Shown here piece by piece: positions 61,075-64,000 of a stretch of 64,000 nucleotides of DNA (the stretch's first letter is position 1; each line of letters opens with the position of its first letter). Under the pieces are notes generated by a model. The model ran no database searches, was not told where the DNA came from, and saw only the letters and a program-made list of their open reading frames with translations. A program made the translations under genes and the position numbers. This stretch comes from Syntrophales bacterium (lineage in GTDB: Bacteria; Desulfobacterota; Syntrophia; Syntrophales; UBA6807), in NCBI GenBank assembly GCA_040767195.1, contig JAXGPA010000004.1:160001-224000 (forward strand), written 5' to 3'.

Positions 61075-63192
61075 ATGTATGAATCGATCCAGAAACGGGA
61101 TGGCCGGCTCGTTCCATTCGACGCCTCCAAGATCACCACCGCCATCGCCAAGGCGGGGGGCGCCACGGGGGAGTTCGACGAGAAAATGGCCCGGCGGCTC
61201 ACCGTTCGGGTGTTGAACCGGGCGGAAGACCTTTTCGGGAACCGGACCCCCTCGGTGGAGGAAATCCAGGACATTGTGGAGGAGGTCCTCCTGTCTTCCA
61301 CCTACCGGATGACGGCGCGGGCCTACATCATCTACCGGGAGCAGCACGCCCGGCTCCGGGAGCTGGCGGACCGCATGGAGGTGGACCTGGTCGACAAGTA
61401 TCTCAAGAAAAAGGACTGGAAGATAAACGAAAACAGCAACATGGATTACTCTCTCCAGGGGCTGAACAACTACATCTCCTCGGAGGTGAGCAAGATTTAC
61501 TGGCTCAATGAAATCTACCCGCCGCAAGTCCGGAAGGCCCAGATGGAGGGGGATTTCCACATCCATGACCTGAGCATCCTGTCCGTCTACTGCGTCGGCT
61601 GGGACCTCCTCGACCTTCTCCGGGAAGGCTTCAGGGGGGTCTCGGGGAAGGTGGAAAGCCGGCCGGCAAAGCATTTCCGGAGCGCCCTGGGCCAGGTGGT
61701 GAATTTTTTCTACACCCTCCAGGGAGAGGCGGCGGGCGCCCAGGCCTTTTCCAGCTTCGACACCCTGCTCGCCCCCTTCATCCGGTATGACCGCCTGACC
61801 TACCCGGACGTCCGCCAGGCCCTCCAGGAATTCATCTTCAACATCAACGTTCCCACCCGGGTCGGGTTTCAGACCCCCTTCACCAACGTCACCCTGGACC
61901 TCACCGTCCCCGTCCATTTCGCCGACGAGCACGTCATCATCGGGGGACAGCCGAAAGACGAAAAATACGGCGATTTCCAGAAGGAGATGGACCTCTTCAA
62001 CCGGGCCTTCCTGGAGGTCATGGCGGAGGGGGACGCCCGGGGCCGGGTCTTCACCTTCCCCATCCCCACCTACAACATCACCCGGGACTTCAACTGGGAC
62101 AACGGAAACCTGGAAGGCCTCTGGGAAATGACGGCACGATACGGCGTCCCCTACTTTTCAAATTTCATCAACTCGGACATGAAGCCCGAAGACGCAAGGA
62201 GCATGTGCTGCCGTCTCAGGATAGACAACCGGGCCCTGAACTGTGAGGAAAAACAGGCCCTGGAGATGCGGGGCGGGGGCCTTTTCGGGTCTCACCCGCT
62301 CACGGGCTCCATCGGAGTGGTCACCCTGAATCTCCCGAGAATCGGGTACCTGGCCTCGACGGAGGAAGACTTCCTGAACCGTCTCGGGAAAGTCATGGAC
62401 ACGGCCCGGGAAAGCCTGGAAATCAAGCGCAAGGTCCTGGAAAAATTCACCGACGGGAATCTTTACCCTTACACCAAGTATTACCTGAGAGGCGTGAAGG
62501 CCCGTTTCGGCCAGTACTGGAAGAACCATTTTTCCACCATCGGCCTCGTGGGAATGAACGAGGCGTGCCTCAACCTCATGAATGAAAACATCGCGTCACC
62601 GGAAGGTCACCGGTTCGCCCGGAAGGTCCTCGACTTCATGCGGGACCGCCTCCTCCGGTTCCAGGAGGAAACGGGGAACAACTTCAACCTGGAAGCCACC
62701 CCGGCGGAGGGGACGTCCTACAGCCTCGCCCGGATCGACCGGAAACGCTACCCCGACATCGTGTGCGCCAACGGAAACGGACACGGCGGAAACGGGCACG
62801 AGCCTTTCTACACGAATTCGAGCCAGCTGCCGGTACAGTTCACCGACGACCTGTTCGAAGCCCTCGACCTCCAGGACGACATCCAGACCCGGTACACGGG
62901 GGGAACGGTGTTTCACATTTTCGCCGGCGAGCAGATAAGCGACTGCACCGCCGTGAAGAGGCTGGTCCGGAAGGTCTGCGAAACCTATTCCCTGCCCTAT
63001 TTCACCTTCTCCCCCACCTTCAGCGTGTGCCCCGATCACGGCTATCTCCGGGGAGAGCAGGCGGCCTGTCCCGCCTGCGGGGCCTCCTGCGAGGTCTATT
63101 CCCGGGTCGTGGGGTACCTGCGCCCCGTCAACCAGTGGAACAAGGGAAAGCAGGAAGAATTTTCCCTGAGGAGGACCTTTTCCCTTCAGTGA
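61075..63192 (+). CDS. nrdD: Class III (anaerobic) ribonucleoside-triphosphate reductase with ATP cone
   Basis: KRDGR..PFD..KI ATP cone; HIHDL; SMCCRL; EATPAE; C..H..C..C; glycyl radical motif YSRVVGYLRP. Confidence 0.96.
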   Translation: MYESIQKRDGRLVPFDASKITTAIAKAGGATGEFDEKMARRLTVRVLNRAEDLFGNRTPSVEEIQDIVEEVLLSSTYRMTARAYIIYREQHARLRELADRMEVDLVDKYLKKKDWKINENSNMDYSLQGLNNYISSEVSKIYWLNEIYPPQVRKAQMEGDFHIHDLSILSVYCVGWDLLDLLREGFRGVSGKVESRPAKHFRSALGQVVNFFYTLQGEAAGAQAFSSFDTLLAPFIRYDRLTYPDVRQALQEFIFNINVPTRVGFQTPFTNVTLDLTVPVHFADEHVIIGGQPKDEKYGDFQKEMDLFNRAFLEVMAEGDARGRVFTFPIPTYNITRDFNWDNGNLEGLWEMTARYGVPYFSNFINSDMKPEDARSMCCRLRIDNRALNCEEKQALEMRGGGLFGSHPLTGSIGVVTLNLPRIGYLASTEEDFLNRLGKVMDTARESLEIKRKVLEKFTDGNLYPYTKYYLRGVKARFGQYWKNHFSTIGLVGMNEACLNLMNENIASPEGHRFARKVLDFMRDRLLRFQEETGNNFNLEATPAEGTSYSLARIDRKRYPDIVCANGNGHGGNGHEPFYTNSSQLPVQFTDDLFEALDLQDDIQTRYTGGTVFHIFAGEQISDCTAVKRLVRKVCETYSLPYFTFSPTFSVCPDHGYLRGEQAACPACGASCEVYSRVVGYLRPVNQWNKGKQEEFSLRRTFSLQ

Positions 63193-63210
63193 GGCCTGTC
63201 GGCTGAAGAA

Positions 63211-63912
63211 ATGAAAATCGGAGGATTACAGAAGGTTTCCCTCATCGATTACCCGGGAAGGATCTCCGCCGTCGTTTTCACCCAGGGGTGCAACTTTCGC
63301 TGTCCCTACTGCCACAACCCCGGCCTTCTTCCCGCGGACCCCCCGGCGGCCCTTCTCGCCGAGGAAGACGTCCTGTTCTTCCTGGAAAAGAGGCGTGGGC
63401 GCCTTGATGGCGTCACCGTCTCCGGCGGCGAACCGACGATCCAGGCCGGCCTGGCGGGGTTTTTGAGAAAGGTGAAATCCCTGGGGTATCCCGTGAAACT
63501 CGACACGAACGGGTCCGTCCCGGCCGTCCTGGCGGCCCTCCTGGCGGAGGGCCTGGTGGACTACGTGGCCATGGACGTCAAAGCCCCGCCGGCGAAATAC
63601 GGGATCCTCTCGGGAAGCGCCGTTCCCTTTTCCCGCATCCGGGAAAGCGCCGATATCCTGAGAAACGCCGGGACACCCTGCGAGTTCAGGACCACGGTGG
63701 TCCCCTCTCTCCTCGACGAGGCGGATCTCGCGGGCCTCATGGCGGCCATCGGCCCCGTCCCCGGCCCCGCCGGCCGCTTCGTCCTCCAGAGATTCCTGCC
63801 GTCCAACACCCTGTCTCCCGACCTCGGCCGGGAGAGGGGGTCGAGCCTGGACGAGCTCCGGGACCTGGCGGCCCGGCTCTCCCCCGGGGGGACGGGGATT
63901 CTCGTCCGCTGA
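63211..63912 (+). CDS. nrdG: Anaerobic RNR activating radical SAM protein
   Basis: GCNFRCPYCHN, SGGEPT, KLDTNG; follows nrdD. Confidence 0.93.
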   Translation: MKIGGLQKVSLIDYPGRISAVVFTQGCNFRCPYCHNPGLLPADPPAALLAEEDVLFFLEKRRGRLDGVTVSGGEPTIQAGLAGFLRKVKSLGYPVKLDTNGSVPAVLAALLAEGLVDYVAMDVKAPPAKYGILSGSAVPFSRIRESADILRNAGTPCEFRTTVVPSLLDEADLAGLMAAIGPVPGPAGRFVLQRFLPSNTLSPDLGRERGSSLDELRDLAARLSPGGTGILVR

Positions 63913-63924
63913 GGGGGGCCTTCG

Positions 63925-64000
63925 TCAGGATCGGCCGGACACCTGGACCACGAGAGACCGCCGCCTCGGGCGGTTGTCGAAGTCGATGAAAACGATCTGC
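63925..64000 (-). CDS. C-terminal end of a YjbQ-family protein (not in ORF track; truncated by window)
   Basis: Minus strand reads QIVFIDFDNRPRRRSLVVQVSGRS-stop, like the YjbQ C-terminus. Confidence 0.7.
   Translation of the reverse strand, partial: QIVFIDFDNRPRRRSLVVQVSGRS

Overview
GC-rich, mostly core chromosomal segment of an anaerobic diderm bacterium. Gene content and order (dprA-topA-trmFO; valS-nadC-birA-coaX; carD-PIN/TRAM-ispD-ispF-gltX) suggest Desulfobacterota/Syntrophales; this taxonomy is inference. Left to right: a molybdate uptake locus (modABC, an FmdE-MoeA-like fusion, an HTH-only ModE), an FGE-sulfatase/C-lectin-fold protein, and a lower-GC islet ending at the 3' end of an initiator tRNA-Met (Cache lipoprotein, decayed S24 repressor, cupin, diheme cytochrome c). 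Then come pdaD-speB, a ~1000 aa Ig/BACON-like surface protein, many housekeeping genes, and a cluster of uncharacterised exported TPR/amidase/beta-helix/SLH proteins. Further right are an EF-G paralog lacking the catalytic His, a 101-bp imperfect direct repeat that supplies the stop codons of two convergent genes, and an NrdR-box-preceded class III RNR (nrdDG). No CRISPR array, rRNA, intact transposase, integrase or reverse transcriptase is visible. The best candidates for something undescribed are the envelope cluster (25.1-35.3 kb), the repeat element at 49.4-49.7 kb, the tRNA-associated islet and the FmdE-MoeA/ModE module. All calls come from motif recognition by eye; no database searches were run.
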